A DNA stretch of 64,000 nucleotides from Anaerolineae bacterium (lineage in GTDB: Bacteria; Chloroflexota; Anaerolineae; UBA1429): NCBI GenBank assembly GCA_963675785.1, contig OY776562.1, forward strand, positions 1,760,001 to 1,824,000. The letters are read 5' to 3'. Each line of letters opens with the position of its first letter. The first letter of the stretch is position 1. Shown one piece after another: positions 38,342 through 48,921 of the stretch. Under the pieces are notes generated by a model. That model did not search any database and had not been told where the DNA came from. It saw nothing but the letters and a program-made list of their open reading frames with translations. Both the position numbers and the translations under genes were made by a program.

Positions 38342-40315
38342 CTATTTGTTTAGGTACTCATCGAATCGATCTACGAACAGCTCGGGATAGTCTGAATAGT
38401 AGGTATCATATTCGGTCCGCATATAATTGATCTGATCTTCAGTATAGGGGTGCACCCTGATGAATACCCTGGCGACGACGTTGTCATCCAGGTTGAAACT
38501 TGAATCCTCAATATAGTTACTGGCAATTATTGATCTCTCGCTGAGAAATTCTTCTGCCAACAAAGTAATGACACGCTGGCTGTCAGGACTAGACATGTGA
38601 GTTTGGATGGGGTCTCCAACAACGACGATTGAAGCGTCTAAAAAATCAATGGGAAATCCATCGCGCAAATCAACGTCGTTAGTCATCAACAAATCATAGC
38701 CCAGGTTCAAATCAGGAGCATTCACCTTGCGCATCACATCGCTGTTAAAAATCGTGCTGCTCGCCAGCACATACACACTTTCCTCGTCGCTGCCATCCAC
38801 CAAAGAAGACAAATAGCTGTCCAGTGCATCCAAAGCATCGAGATCGTTGCGTGTCTTGATGGCGTATGCCCTACCTACAAGTATCTCTTGGCTGATCCCT
38901 TCCGCCTGCACAAAGGAAAGGGCCTGCAACAAATTACCGACGACGAGCAAAGCAAACAAGACGCTCAAAAGCCCTTGCCCCCAAACAGCCCTTTTGCCCC
39001 AAGAAAAAGTCGCTCGCTTTATCAAGTCGAGCAAAAGGATAAAACCCGAAACAAAGAGAATGAAAATCTGTACAGCAACGACATTATAATGCTGCAATCC
39101 CATATTTTGTGTGTGGTAAAAAGCCAAGCACGTAACGAGCGTACTAGCGAACAAGAGAAAGCCTGTTCCTAGTCGCAGTCGGCCAAGTCCTCCCATACTG
39201 CCCACAGCGGCAAATCCCAAAATGCCAATCCCCAGATAGCTGCCGAGTTCTTGAAACTTTCCCCACAAGCCCAAAACGTTATATCCCGAAAAAGCTGCTT
39301 CATAATCGGTAAATAGCATCGTTTTCAGCATCCCCGTACAGCCAATGAGTAGTGCAGCAAGGGCAACGAGAATCGACAAACCATAGTTCAAAGTCAAGTG
39401 CTTACCCAACTCGATCCTCTGCCCCTTTGGCTGACGGAGCAATCTGCTCATCGCCATACCAAAAGCAAAGACACCATACCCTACTAGCCAGTAGGCAAAG
39501 TAACGCCGTAGCACCAACACCAAAGCCGCCATCAATCCCAGCAGGATCGACTGTCCAGGTGCCCGCTCATCTGGCATTTTCAGCGTGAGATAGTAGCAAC
39601 TGGCGATGACTAACAGCACAGCCCCATCAATGTAGCCATCCAGCAGAGGAAGAAAAAAGAGGGGAAAACAAAGCGAGATGAGGAAAATATAGCCGAACCA
39701 TGGCTTCTTCAAATCATAGCTCTCTACCAGATCTTGTATGAATGCGCTGATGATGCACTCAAAGGGCAAGATAAAGAGGGTAGCGACGAGTAGCTCAAAG
39801 GCCAGATAAGAGCCTCCTACCAGTTTTAGCGGAACGGCCATGAAATAAGCCAAAAGATAATTGTATTCGGAATAGTTGATGCTCGAGTAAAGCAATCTCA
39901 AACCATCAAGAGCGCTGAATGTTGACGCATCGAATCGCTCAAACAATTCGAGACTTTTGTACCAATAAGCCGCATTATCCCAATAATAAACCCAGCTCTC
40001 CTGAGAGATGATATGGCAAAGAATAGCGAGAAAAGCCAAACTTGAGATGAGAATGAGCAGAACATCTCTAGCCTTTTGGACTCGGAGCCTGGCGAAAAAA
40101 CCAACTCTCTCTAAAGCGAGAAAGATGAAAGCGTATAAAGTAGGCAGCGACAGATAACTCACCAGCCAGCCCGGTCGCATGAGCAAGATTAGGCCAGCCC
40201 CAAAGACAAGCAGCGCTAGCAACACAAGGAGGAGCCAACGTTGGGCTTGGCGTGCTTTAGGGGGCAAGCTTCTTTTTTCATGGCTCAAGCAATCAGTAAA
40301 CTTGATTTCATGCAT
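38342..40315 (-). CDS. Polytopic membrane protein, GT-C (PMT/ArnT-like) glycosyltransferase candidate
   Basis: Many TM helices, YYWD...YW in the first external loop, a soluble C-terminal domain. Start uncertain (40315 or 40348). Confidence 0.65.
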   Translation of the reverse strand: MHEIKFTDCLSHEKRSLPPKARQAQRWLLLVLLALLVFGAGLILLMRPGWLVSYLSLPTLYAFIFLALERVGFFARLRVQKARDVLLILISSLAFLAILCHIISQESWVYYWDNAAYWYKSLELFERFDASTFSALDGLRLLYSSINYSEYNYLLAYFMAVPLKLVGGSYLAFELLVATLFILPFECIISAFIQDLVESYDLKKPWFGYIFLISLCFPLFFLPLLDGYIDGAVLLVIASCYYLTLKMPDERAPGQSILLGLMAALVLVLRRYFAYWLVGYGVFAFGMAMSRLLRQPKGQRIELGKHLTLNYGLSILVALAALLIGCTGMLKTMLFTDYEAAFSGYNVLGLWGKFQELGSYLGIGILGFAAVGSMGGLGRLRLGTGFLLFASTLVTCLAFYHTQNMGLQHYNVVAVQIFILFVSGFILLLDLIKRATFSWGKRAVWGQGLLSVLFALLVVGNLLQALSFVQAEGISQEILVGRAYAIKTRNDLDALDALDSYLSSLVDGSDEESVYVLASSTIFNSDVMRKVNAPDLNLGYDLLMTNDVDLRDGFPIDFLDASIVVVGDPIQTHMSSPDSQRVITLLAEEFLSERSIIASNYIEDSSFNLDDNVVARVFIRVHPYTEDQINYMRTEYDTYYSDYPELFVDRFDEYLNK

Positions 40316-40396
40316 AAAAGCCTCTATTGACAGGTGTGCCCCTATCAATGAGAATACCGGGTATGCTCGTCAACTCACGCTGGAGGACACTCGAAC

Positions 40397-40951
40397 ATGC
40401 CACAGACGCTTACTTTTACCGTCAAGGTTCCCCTTTTCAAGCAAAAAGTCATTCTCAGACAAATGGGGTTGGGGTTTGGCATTCCCCTACTGCTGCTGGC
40501 TATTCTGCTGCTGGCCACCAGCCCTCTTGATTCGGAATCTCTCAAGGGGATAGGCACTGCTGTAGGCATTACGGCCGGCATCCTGATCGTCCTGTTGGGA
40601 ATCGTTCTGCTGCTGGTATATGGTGGCAGATACGAATACACCTATACCCTGAACGCCGAGGGCATTGAGGGGCATCCTTCCGGAAAAACCGCCCGCACTA
40701 ATCGCATTGTCAATTTATTGGGCATGTTCTCTGGCAATGCCACCGCCACAGGCTCGGCCATGCTAGCTCAAGCTCGGCAACAAGAGGGCACAGCCTGGAG
40801 CGAGATCGATCGCGTGGTGGGCGATGATGAGGAGCACACCCTCGGCCTGTACAGCGGCAAGCTGCGCCACATGGTGGTATTCTGCGGCAATGAGTACTAT
40901 GGTGAAGCGCTGACCTACGCCCAAAGCCAGGTAAAAGCCAGCAACGAATGA
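40397..40951 (+). CDS. Hypothetical membrane protein (2 TM plus soluble domain)
   Basis: GGAGG RBS and two N-terminal TM helices. Upstream TTGACA-17-GAGAAT at 40327-40355. Confidence 0.75.
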   Translation: MPQTLTFTVKVPLFKQKVILRQMGLGFGIPLLLLAILLLATSPLDSESLKGIGTAVGITAGILIVLLGIVLLLVYGGRYEYTYTLNAEGIEGHPSGKTARTNRIVNLLGMFSGNATATGSAMLAQARQQEGTAWSEIDRVVGDDEEHTLGLYSGKLRHMVVFCGNEYYGEALTYAQSQVKASNE

Positions 40952-40955
40952 AAAT

Positions 40956-42146
40956 CTAACGGCCTATAATGCGATCAGCGTCGATAATATTGCCCGTGGC
41001 TAACAGCTCAGCGCGTAATGAGGCAAGCGGCACCTCAGCTACAGCGCAACCGGCGCCAAGGGCCAGTGCAACGGCAGTACCGGCGATTTCGCCAGTCAGC
41101 GCGCACACAGGAATAGCGCGAGCCATATCCCAGGGGCGCCCCTCTGCAGAGATGCAGCGCCCGGCTGCCAGCAGGTTATCCACCTGACCGTACAACGCCC
41201 CATAAGGCACCCCATAAACAATGCCCGCCTTACGCCATGAAGGGCACAGCCCCACCATATCCTCCGGAGCAACACCCGCCCCACTTTCAGCGAGAGTAGC
41301 GGCCCCTACAAGACGCCGTGTCATGCGGAAAGTGGGCATGGTGGGCACATTCACTAACCGCGCATCGGGATGATCGCCTCGGATGGCCTCAAAATGCTGG
41401 CGCAGCAGTTCACGCGAGCCCACCACCTGAGCAGTCACATTCTTGCCGCAATCACCGCGATAGCCACGTTGCGCCTCGGCTGAAGGAGTACCATCCGAGG
41501 CAAAAGACTCCGAAAGCGCTGCAAGATGCACCGCTCCCTCGGAGGCATAGTAAAACCAGGCCGAACGCACGTTGGTATCCAGCGAGACGGTCTCCTCCCC
41601 GCTGGCCGTGCAGAGGTCGGCGTCGCCGGTGCAATCGATATACATGTTCGCGTGCAGGGCCAACTGCCCCGATTTATTCCGTACCAGCACCGCCTTGATA
41701 TGCTCCTCGGTGCAGAGTGCCTCGCAGAAAAGGGTGTCATACCAGATGTCCACGCCCTCACGCAGCAGCAGTTCCTCCAAGGCCAGCATGTAGGAAGGTG
41801 GGTTGAAGGTCACGCGAAAGCGCTGTGCAGCGCGCTGCTCAACGCTGGCAGGGCCAGCCCAAGCAGCAGGCAGCAGGTTAAAACCATCCGCCACCGAGAG
41901 GTGCAGCAGTTCTTCGCTGAGGCCGCCAATGACCTGGTGCCCCAGCCCATCGCAGATGGGCAGATAGATAGCGACGTTGCCCAATGTTGCCAGGCCGCCC
42001 AAGCCACAAGTCTTTTCCAGCAGGCAAACCCGCAAGCCACGGCGTACAGACGCCAAAGCAGCCGCTACCCCGGCAATGCCGCCGCCCAAAACAACCACAT
42101 CATACTTGTCTATGGTCTCGATATCGCAATCCGAATGATGTATCAT
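40956..42146 (-). CDS. FAD-dependent oxidoreductase
   Basis: Motifs DVVVLGGGIAG, LLEK...LGGLAT, IDCTGDAD, NLLAAGRCIS. Confidence 0.88.
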   Translation of the reverse strand: MIHHSDCDIETIDKYDVVVLGGGIAGVAAALASVRRGLRVCLLEKTCGLGGLATLGNVAIYLPICDGLGHQVIGGLSEELLHLSVADGFNLLPAAWAGPASVEQRAAQRFRVTFNPPSYMLALEELLLREGVDIWYDTLFCEALCTEEHIKAVLVRNKSGQLALHANMYIDCTGDADLCTASGEETVSLDTNVRSAWFYYASEGAVHLAALSESFASDGTPSAEAQRGYRGDCGKNVTAQVVGSRELLRQHFEAIRGDHPDARLVNVPTMPTFRMTRRLVGAATLAESGAGVAPEDMVGLCPSWRKAGIVYGVPYGALYGQVDNLLAAGRCISAEGRPWDMARAIPVCALTGEIAGTAVALALGAGCAVAEVPLASLRAELLATGNIIDADRIIGR

Positions 42147-42230
42147 CAGCTGACTACCTCTCAATTATCATCATAGACTGCATTCTAGCATGAAGGGGTG
42201 GGTTGACAAGGCAGCCACAAGGAGAGCGCG

Positions 42231-43019
42231 ATGGAATCGACAGAGCACGTATCACATTATTACCGGCGCCCTGGCGAAGACGAAAGGCTCAATCGGCATC
42301 AGCTAGAGTGGGACATGACCTGGCGGCATTTGCAGGATGTGCTGCCGCCTGCTGGTCGCGTGTTGGAAGTGGGCTGCGCCACCGGACGCTACAGCCTGGA
42401 GATGGCCCGCCGTGGCTATGAAGTAGTTGGTTTGGATCTCGCTCAAGAGCAGTTGGATCTAGCCCAAGAACACGCGAAGACAGAGGGCCTGACTGACAGG
42501 GTCACCTTTGCAGTCGGCGATGCCCAGGATTTGAGCCTCTTTGAGGGTGAGTCGTTCGATGCGGTGTTGCTCTTGGGGCCGCTGTACCATCTGCAACAGC
42601 GAGCGAGCAGGGAACGCGCTATTCGAGAAGCACAGCGCGTGTTGTTGCCAGGCGGGATCATCGGTTCAGCCTTTGTCAGCCGCTATGGTATGTTGGGAAG
42701 CCTGGTGGTGGATCACCCCGAGTGGGTCTTGAGCGATGAGTTAGAACCCATTCTGCGAGATGGCTGGGTTCCGCAAGATTCTGGCTTCCCAGGTTATTTT
42801 GCCACCTACCCAGAAGCCATCGACCTGCATGAAAAAGCTGGCTTTACAACACGCCGCATGGTCGCTGTCGAAACCGGTATAGGCGCCTGCGATAAAACGG
42901 CCTATACCGAGCTCTCACCAGAGCTACAAGCCGCTTGGCTAGATGTTCTCTACCGCATCAGCACCGAACCCATCATGTTAGGTTCGGCCTGCCACTGGCT
43001 GTATTTGGGTAGCAAATAA
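42231..43019 (+). CDS. Class I SAM-dependent methyltransferase
   Basis: Motifs VLEVGCATGRY, GLDL, GDAQDL, FDAVLLLGPLYHL, LLPGG. Confidence 0.9.
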   Translation: MESTEHVSHYYRRPGEDERLNRHQLEWDMTWRHLQDVLPPAGRVLEVGCATGRYSLEMARRGYEVVGLDLAQEQLDLAQEHAKTEGLTDRVTFAVGDAQDLSLFEGESFDAVLLLGPLYHLQQRASRERAIREAQRVLLPGGIIGSAFVSRYGMLGSLVVDHPEWVLSDELEPILRDGWVPQDSGFPGYFATYPEAIDLHEKAGFTTRRMVAVETGIGACDKTAYTELSPELQAAWLDVLYRISTEPIMLGSACHWLYLGSK

Positions 43020-43050
43020 AAAGGGGCGCTGTCAGTTTGACAGCGCCCCT
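43018..43050. terminator. Intrinsic terminator
   Basis: aggggcgctgtca / tgacagcgcccct. Confidence 0.8.
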
Positions 43051-43070
43051 ACTCGTGTAAGAGTCTCGTG

Positions 43071-43952
43071 CTAGACCTCTATGCCGAAAACTTGGCGAAC
43101 AACAACGCCCACCAAGAAGGAAAAGACGGCTACGCCAATGCTGATGGTGGCCATCTCGGTGAAACGCTTGCGAAAGTCAAGATCTTTGGCAACCGAAATA
43201 TAGAAATTAAAAAAGGCAATGACCAGAACGGCAAAGACTAGTGTCAGTGCCAGACAAACCATATAGTTTTCAAAAAGCAGATAAGGCAGAATGAGAACGG
43301 TCACTGTAAAGACATAGGCCAGGCCTGTATAGAGCGCCGAACGACGCGCCTCAGACGCTTCCTCGTCGGCACGCGCCGAAAGATACTCGGAGGCGGCCAT
43401 AGAGAGCGAAGCTGAAATGCCGGTGATCAGGCCCGAGAGGGCGATAAGCTGGGTATTCTGAAAAGCAAAAGTAAGGCCGGCCAGGGTGCCGGTGAGTTCC
43501 ACCAAGGCATCGTTGAGCCCTAACACCACCGAACCCGTGTATTTGAGCGCTTCTTCATCGAGCATCCCTAGCAGCGCCTCCTCGTGAGCCTCCTCATCAG
43601 CCAAAATAGAGGCCAGTTCGGGGACATCGTTAATCATTGAGGCATATTCTGCTTGTGCATGTTCCTCACCGCGTTCCATGAGCTTGATACCAAAGGTGAG
43701 CCCCAGAACGCGGGCCAGCAAATAAAAAACGAGTGCTTTGAAGCGACTGGGAGCCACATCTTTGCCAGTATAAGCTCTAAAAATGGCATAGTGGGCAGAT
43801 TCCGTCTCGGCGATATCAGCAATAACCTGGCTATTGTGTTCATCCTTGATGGCGCCAGACAACCTCTTGTAGGTTTCGTGACCGGTGAGTTCATCTTTTT
43901 GCCATTTGAGCAGCGTGCGCTCCTGTTCCTCTGTTAACTTGTGCGAAACCAT
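43071..43952 (-). CDS. VIT1/CCC1 family iron exporter with N-terminal rubrerythrin-like domain
   Basis: ExxH motifs (ESAH, EEAH), VLGLNDALVE, ASLSMAASEYLS. Confidence 0.88.
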   Translation of the reverse strand: MVSHKLTEEQERTLLKWQKDELTGHETYKRLSGAIKDEHNSQVIADIAETESAHYAIFRAYTGKDVAPSRFKALVFYLLARVLGLTFGIKLMERGEEHAQAEYASMINDVPELASILADEEAHEEALLGMLDEEALKYTGSVVLGLNDALVELTGTLAGLTFAFQNTQLIALSGLITGISASLSMAASEYLSARADEEASEARRSALYTGLAYVFTVTVLILPYLLFENYMVCLALTLVFAVLVIAFFNFYISVAKDLDFRKRFTEMATISIGVAVFSFLVGVVVRQVFGIEV

Positions 43953-44002
43953 GCGTACCTCCTGATACTAGCCTATCCATTACCTGTTCATTGTATCATC
44001 AT

Positions 44003-44054
44003 AAAAGAACCGCCGCATCCTGCAGGAATACGAATCCTCAGTATGCGGCGGTTT
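44003..44054 (-). terminator. Terminator-like hairpin
   Basis: aaccgccgcat / atgcggcggtt. Confidence 0.65.
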
Positions 44055-44066
44055 ACGGTGCTAGTT

Positions 44067-44648
44067 CTAGACGAGATCGCAGGCGTCACCGGGCATCCAG
44101 TGCTCGTCCTGCCCCTTCCACTTGACGTTGCAACCAAGAGGGTTGGTAAGCGGTGTGCTCACCGGCTTGCCAGCCATGTGCTCGGCCAGGGCATTATCCA
44201 GGTCGTTTACCGTCATCTTGCTGATCTCGCGAGGGTTATCGACACCGCGGCCAGTGTAAACCAGCTTGCGGTCGCGATCGAACACATAGAAATGCGGGGT
44301 GCGCAAAGCACCGTAAGCAGTAGCCACTTCTTGCGATTCATCATACAGATAAACCCAGGGGAACTGCTGCTCTTCCATACGGGTAATCATCAGTTCCCAG
44401 CTATCCAGGGGGTGCACGCCTACCCAGTTGCTGTTGATGCCCACAAAGCGCACGCCTTTGTCGGCGTATTTCTCTGCCGTGGCACGCGTTATTTCATCCG
44501 AGCCCAGCACAAAGGGGCAGTGATTGCAGGTAAAGAATACGACGAGGGTGTCGGCATCGTCAAAATCGGCCAGGCTATAGGTCTTGCCATCGGTAGCAGG
44601 CAAGCTGAAATCAGGTGCTTTTTCGCCGAGTTGTAATGTAAAAGCCAT
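44067..44648 (-). CDS. Thioredoxin-fold AhpC/TSA-like redoxin
   Basis: Motifs [42 protein letters not shown] before ATG 44648. Confidence 0.9.
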   Translation of the reverse strand: MAFTLQLGEKAPDFSLPATDGKTYSLADFDDADTLVVFFTCNHCPFVLGSDEITRATAEKYADKGVRFVGINSNWVGVHPLDSWELMITRMEEQQFPWVYLYDESQEVATAYGALRTPHFYVFDRDRKLVYTGRGVDNPREISKMTVNDLDNALAEHMAGKPVSTPLTNPLGCNVKWKGQDEHWMPGDACDLV

Positions 44649-44841
44649 GATTTTTCTCCTTATCATCAGACGCTGTTCTTAGTGTAGCACATTGTGTCAA
44701 ATGGTGCGCTCGCCAAAACAGGATCAATCATACGTCCTTATGCATCATAAACAACTTCTCTCCAGCGCTTGAATCTCTTGTCTATTCCGAATACATTGCT
44801 TGCACAGCAAGGATGCCCCTGCTCGTAGATAGGAGAAAAGC

Positions 44842-47418
44842 ATGTTTGATAAACTGGCATGTTATGGTGTGCCCTACAACGGCGAAACGCCGCCCGATAT
44901 TGCCCCCTGGGAAGATGAAGCGGCTACCTGGGCCCAGGAAAACGCGGCCCGCATGACCTTGGGGTACATCTGTGATGGCGGCGCGATGAATGATACGCTC
45001 TACGCTCTGGCCGATTATTTGCTGACCTTCAACCCCCTTGTGCGAGAGGGGCAGGCCGACCGGTATCTGCTGGCGGCCACCGCCCTGGCCCTGTGTGGCT
45101 ATATGGGCGAGGGTATCTATGAGGAAGCCGAGCTGTGGCGCGTAGCGGGCTGTGCACGGCTGGCCACCAGCGGCCACCGCCGCAAGGCCTCGCTGGGCGA
45201 CCAGATGCTGACCGATTGTCTCCGCACGGTGTATGATCTGGCAGCCGAACTGGACATGCCCATCATCGCCGACCTCATCAGCCTGTATGAGCGCATGTTT
45301 GGCGTACTGGTAGATCACCTCCGCGCCGAAAGCATTCGCGTCACCGAGGCGGATTACGCCAGTCACTGTGCAAATCCGGTGGAGCCTCAAAAGCTGGGGA
45401 GTAACCTCAAGGCCAGAGACTGGCAATACAGTGATCTATTCTCACCCACCCGCACTTTTGGTGACATGGAAGAGGCCGAGGCCACACTGCATAACCGACT
45501 CAGCATCCGGGCGCATATGCATGTGCGTTACCAATTCAGCGACGAGATCGATTGGCACCTACGTCTGTTCGACGACCTGGAAACCGTGGTTGGCCTCAAT
45601 GGCTTGACCTCAGTAGCCAACCTGGCGTCTTGTTATGCCAAAACACAGGATGCACGTTACGCCTACAAGGCTCGCGAGTTACTGTGGAGTTGGTACGACA
45701 AGTGTCCCTTCCCCAATTACCACCACCACCAAAACCAGCCCTGGCGAACGCTGGAGACGGGCACACGCATGTCTCGCACCATGCCCCTGGTGATCAACAC
45801 CCTGGGCCAGACTGAAGCCTTTGATGAAGACACCCATGCCATGATGGCCCGCATGCGCCTGGACCACATGCGCTATTTGACAGCCTTTTCTGGTCCCCAC
45901 ATGAACTGGTTCCAGGTCGAATCGGCCAGCCTGGCCACTGCTGCGATTTACTCGCAAGAGTGTCGATTGTGGAAAACCTACTTGCGATTGGCCATGCGCA
46001 GGCTGCGCTGGATCAATCGCATTGGCTATTTCGCCGACGGCTTTCAGTTCGAGCTGACCCACGGCTATCACGGATTTCCCACGAGCACTCAATTCGGCAC
46101 CTGCATTGCCGCCCGCATGGCCGGTGTCGAGCTGCCCGCTGACTTTATCGCGCTGGTAAACAGAGCCTATGACATGTACCTGTATGCGGCCCAGCCCAAC
46201 TTTGTCATGCCGCGATTCAACGATTGCGGCGGTAATATGGAGGAATCCTGTGTCTCTCTGGCAGCGCCAGCACACATCTTTGAACGCGATGATCTGCTGT
46301 GGGGCGCTACCAAGGGCGCACAAGGCACCATGCCCGATCACACTTCGCATGAATGGCCCGATAGTAAGCTCTATGTGATGCGCAGCAGTTGGAGCACCGA
46401 TGCCCAGTATCTGCAGTTTGATGGTGCGCCTTGGGGTAATGCCCATCAACACGAGGACAAGCTCAATTTCATCATTTTTGACGGGCGCGAATTGCTCGTC
46501 GATCCCAGCATCTATTCTTACTCGCAGACCCCACTCACCCACTATTTCTGGGGCAGCTGGGCCCATAACGTGATCATCGTTGATGGCAAGGAACAGGCAC
46601 GGCGCTGCGTACCGGGAGCAGACCTGGTTACCAAGGGTGAAAACGAGTGGGTCTCTTCCAAGTCGTTCGATTTTGTGAGCAGCGAGTACCTTGAGGGCTA
46701 TGCACCTCGCCCCTTTGACCCACAAGGACAGCGCTTTTCATACCCGATGGTGCCAACTGAAGGCTTTGATGACAGTATTACCCACAAGCGCGCCATGTTT
46801 TATGTCAAGCCTGGCTACTGGATCCTCTGTGACCAAGTGTTGGGGCAGGATGACGACGAGCACACCCTGGATCAACTCTTCCACCTAGGCCCCATCGCTA
46901 CACCAGATGGCGAACTGCCCTTTAACCCTGGCGGTATCGAGGTGCAGGGCAAGGTCGTGTACTCGCACAACCCCGGCCTCGCAGACATTGCTCTGCTACC
47001 TGTAGACGACGACGCCACGGTCTCGCTGCATCGCGGTGAGCTCAACCCCGCTCGCGGCTGGTGGGGCATCGATGGTGAATCACCGCTGTGGGAAGTGGAT
47101 TATGCCCAGAGGGGCGGGCTGCCCCAGCGGATGGATGTGGTACTCTATCCCCTTAAAGACGAGGAGTATGTTTTCCCGGAAACGCATCGCCTTTATGCAG
47201 ATGCCCACACCACCGCCTTTGAGATCGTGGGCGAGGGATTCAGCGATACGTTTATCCTCTGCGACGCCGAAGCTGACGAAGTAAGCATTGAATCGACCCT
47301 ACACGGTAGTATTACCTTCAAGGGGCGGGCACTGCTCGTGCGACAGGATGGTACCTGTTACGTCGTCAAGCCAGAGGTCGTACGTGTTGGTGGCCAAGAT
47401 GTGGCGGTAAGCGAGTAG
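44842..47418 (+). CDS. Heparinase II/III family polysaccharide lyase (PL12-like), cytoplasmic
   Basis: Motifs WRTLETG.R, NW...E, DGFQFELTHGYH, HQHEDKL.F, LLVDP..YSY, AHNVIIVDG. Confidence 0.82.
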   Translation: MFDKLACYGVPYNGETPPDIAPWEDEAATWAQENAARMTLGYICDGGAMNDTLYALADYLLTFNPLVREGQADRYLLAATALALCGYMGEGIYEEAELWRVAGCARLATSGHRRKASLGDQMLTDCLRTVYDLAAELDMPIIADLISLYERMFGVLVDHLRAESIRVTEADYASHCANPVEPQKLGSNLKARDWQYSDLFSPTRTFGDMEEAEATLHNRLSIRAHMHVRYQFSDEIDWHLRLFDDLETVVGLNGLTSVANLASCYAKTQDARYAYKARELLWSWYDKCPFPNYHHHQNQPWRTLETGTRMSRTMPLVINTLGQTEAFDEDTHAMMARMRLDHMRYLTAFSGPHMNWFQVESASLATAAIYSQECRLWKTYLRLAMRRLRWINRIGYFADGFQFELTHGYHGFPTSTQFGTCIAARMAGVELPADFIALVNRAYDMYLYAAQPNFVMPRFNDCGGNMEESCVSLAAPAHIFERDDLLWGATKGAQGTMPDHTSHEWPDSKLYVMRSSWSTDAQYLQFDGAPWGNAHQHEDKLNFIIFDGRELLVDPSIYSYSQTPLTHYFWGSWAHNVIIVDGKEQARRCVPGADLVTKGENEWVSSKSFDFVSSEYLEGYAPRPFDPQGQRFSYPMVPTEGFDDSITHKRAMFYVKPGYWILCDQVLGQDDDEHTLDQLFHLGPIATPDGELPFNPGGIEVQGKVVYSHNPGLADIALLPVDDDATVSLHRGELNPARGWWGIDGESPLWEVDYAQRGGLPQRMDVVLYPLKDEEYVFPETHRLYADAHTTAFEIVGEGFSDTFILCDAEADEVSIESTLHGSITFKGRALLVRQDGTCYVVKPEVVRVGGQDVAVSE

Positions 47419-47467
47419 TTCGAGACTAAACACCGCGGATATTCTGCGAGCCGATAGATCAAGCAAG

Positions 47468-47501
47468 GCAGGCGCCCGATCAGTACGATCGAGCGCCTGT
47501 T
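47468..47501. terminator. Hairpin between convergent genes
   Basis: caggcgcccgatc / gatcgagcgcctg. Confidence 0.6.
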
Positions 47502-47502
47502 C

Positions 47503-48816
47503 TCAATACGATAACGACTCTCTATCTTGCTCAATTCGGAGACGCCAAAGAGTGCTGTTTTGCGGGGGGCGCACCATAGCGTAGGTGATGGGGGTTCCCT
47601 CTCGCACAGCCACGAGCAATTCAACATCTTCCGCCATAGCAGCTGGCAGCAGGTTCTTGCTCATGGCCTCTTCATGGCGAATGATGATGCCGCGGATATC
47701 CATACTGCCCATACCGTGCAACGTCTCGCCCGCATCGAGATCACGCTTAGCAATGGCCACCACCTCGCACATCCGCACATCGCGCGGTGCACCGGTAGCC
47801 TCGCCGCATAGCGCCGCCTTGATGACGGACATGTTGGCATCGGCCCCACAAAGGTGATGGGGACGATAGATCACGCCATAACGACCATCCTCACTAGCTG
47901 CACTAAAGTAGTGTGCTAAATACTTGCGCTTGGCCTCATTCTCTAGCCGTACGATGATGAAGGTGCCCTTGTCCAAGCGGCTGTCGGTAGTGCCAATCAA
48001 GTTCGCTGGCACACAATCCACTGCATCCACAATGCCTAGCGTATCGAGCTGGCCACCTTCCGCGCGAGGCCTAAAGAAATTGGGCAAATCCTCCAAGGTG
48101 ATAGCCGGCCACTGGGGGCCATGTGTGTCAATGGTGAGGCCGGTGCAGTTACAAGTCGAACACAGCTCGACAGCACTCTTGGTGCCATCGGCAAACTCGC
48201 GATCCTGTCGTCCTCGATAGGCTCGCTCGATTTGCTCCTCGTGATTCGGCCAATAGTGCGTTCCCTTGCCAGCCACCACCACCTCTAGACCTAATGCCCT
48301 GGCCCAGGCCACAAGTTCAGCGATGTTCCCGGGTTGGTCGCCATCAGCAATCGTATAGACTACCCCTTGCTGATCGGCCTTTTGTCGTAGCAGGGTGCCC
48401 ACTGTGCAATCTACCTCGATGCTAACAACCACAATATGCTTGCGATTAGCAATCGCCCCCTCAATGACTTGAGCAGCTACCTCAGCCACACCAGAGGATT
48501 CCACGACTACCTCCACAGAGTTGTTTTCAAAAACCAGCTCTTTACTGCAAGTCACTACTGCTTTGCCATCTGCAATCGCTTCATCAACCTCGACTAGAGT
48601 CTCAGCGATCACAATGTCTTCGGAAGCACGCCCTGCAGCTAGAAACGAGTTGATAGCATTCTCGAGATGCAAGTCCGCGATAACAGCGGGATACAACCCG
48701 GGGATATCATGTGCACAGAGCTGCATACCCGTACCAAACTCTCCTGCGCCGACCCATCCTACTATGATTGGCTGATGCGTGTCCCGTCGACTGTAGAGCT
48801 GCTCTTCAAGTGACAT
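47503..48816 (-). CDS. NAD(P)-dependent oxidoreductase with C-terminal SAF domain (COG4091-like)
   Basis: VGAGEFG Rossmann motif, ADGDQPG, AGKG, DGTK, YRPHHLCG, SAF AKRDLDAGETL. Confidence 0.85.
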   Translation of the reverse strand: MSLEEQLYSRRDTHQPIIVGWVGAGEFGTGMQLCAHDIPGLYPAVIADLHLENAINSFLAAGRASEDIVIAETLVEVDEAIADGKAVVTCSKELVFENNSVEVVVESSGVAEVAAQVIEGAIANRKHIVVVSIEVDCTVGTLLRQKADQQGVVYTIADGDQPGNIAELVAWARALGLEVVVAGKGTHYWPNHEEQIERAYRGRQDREFADGTKSAVELCSTCNCTGLTIDTHGPQWPAITLEDLPNFFRPRAEGGQLDTLGIVDAVDCVPANLIGTTDSRLDKGTFIIVRLENEAKRKYLAHYFSAASEDGRYGVIYRPHHLCGADANMSVIKAALCGEATGAPRDVRMCEVVAIAKRDLDAGETLHGMGSMDIRGIIIRHEEAMSKNLLPAAMAEDVELLVAVREGTPITYAMVRPPQNSTLWRLRIEQDRESLSY

Positions 48817-48829
48817 TCATCTACTCCAT

Positions 48830-48858
48830 TTGACATGTTCAAAGGATCTTTTTACAAT
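48830..48858 (+). promoter_or_regulatory. Sigma70 promoter of the LacI/SBP unit
   Basis: TTGACA-17-TACAAT. Confidence 0.8.
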
Positions 48859-48860
48859 GC

Positions 48861-48908
48861 TTGTGAAAGCGATTGCACAATTAGTTATTTATTATGAAAG
48901 CGCTTTCC
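48861..48908. promoter_or_regulatory. Two LacI-family operators
   Basis: TTGTGAAAGCGATTGCACAA (48861-48880) and TGAAAGCGCTTTCC (48895-48908), both CG-centred dyads. Confidence 0.8.
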
Positions 48909-48921
48909 AAGGAGTATTATA

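Noticed and set aside
45679-46725. Long antisense ORFs (also 13386-14297, 30536-31246, 43941-44636, 7480-8133)
   Set aside because: They are shadows of well-supported genes in GC-rich codon usage and have no motifs.
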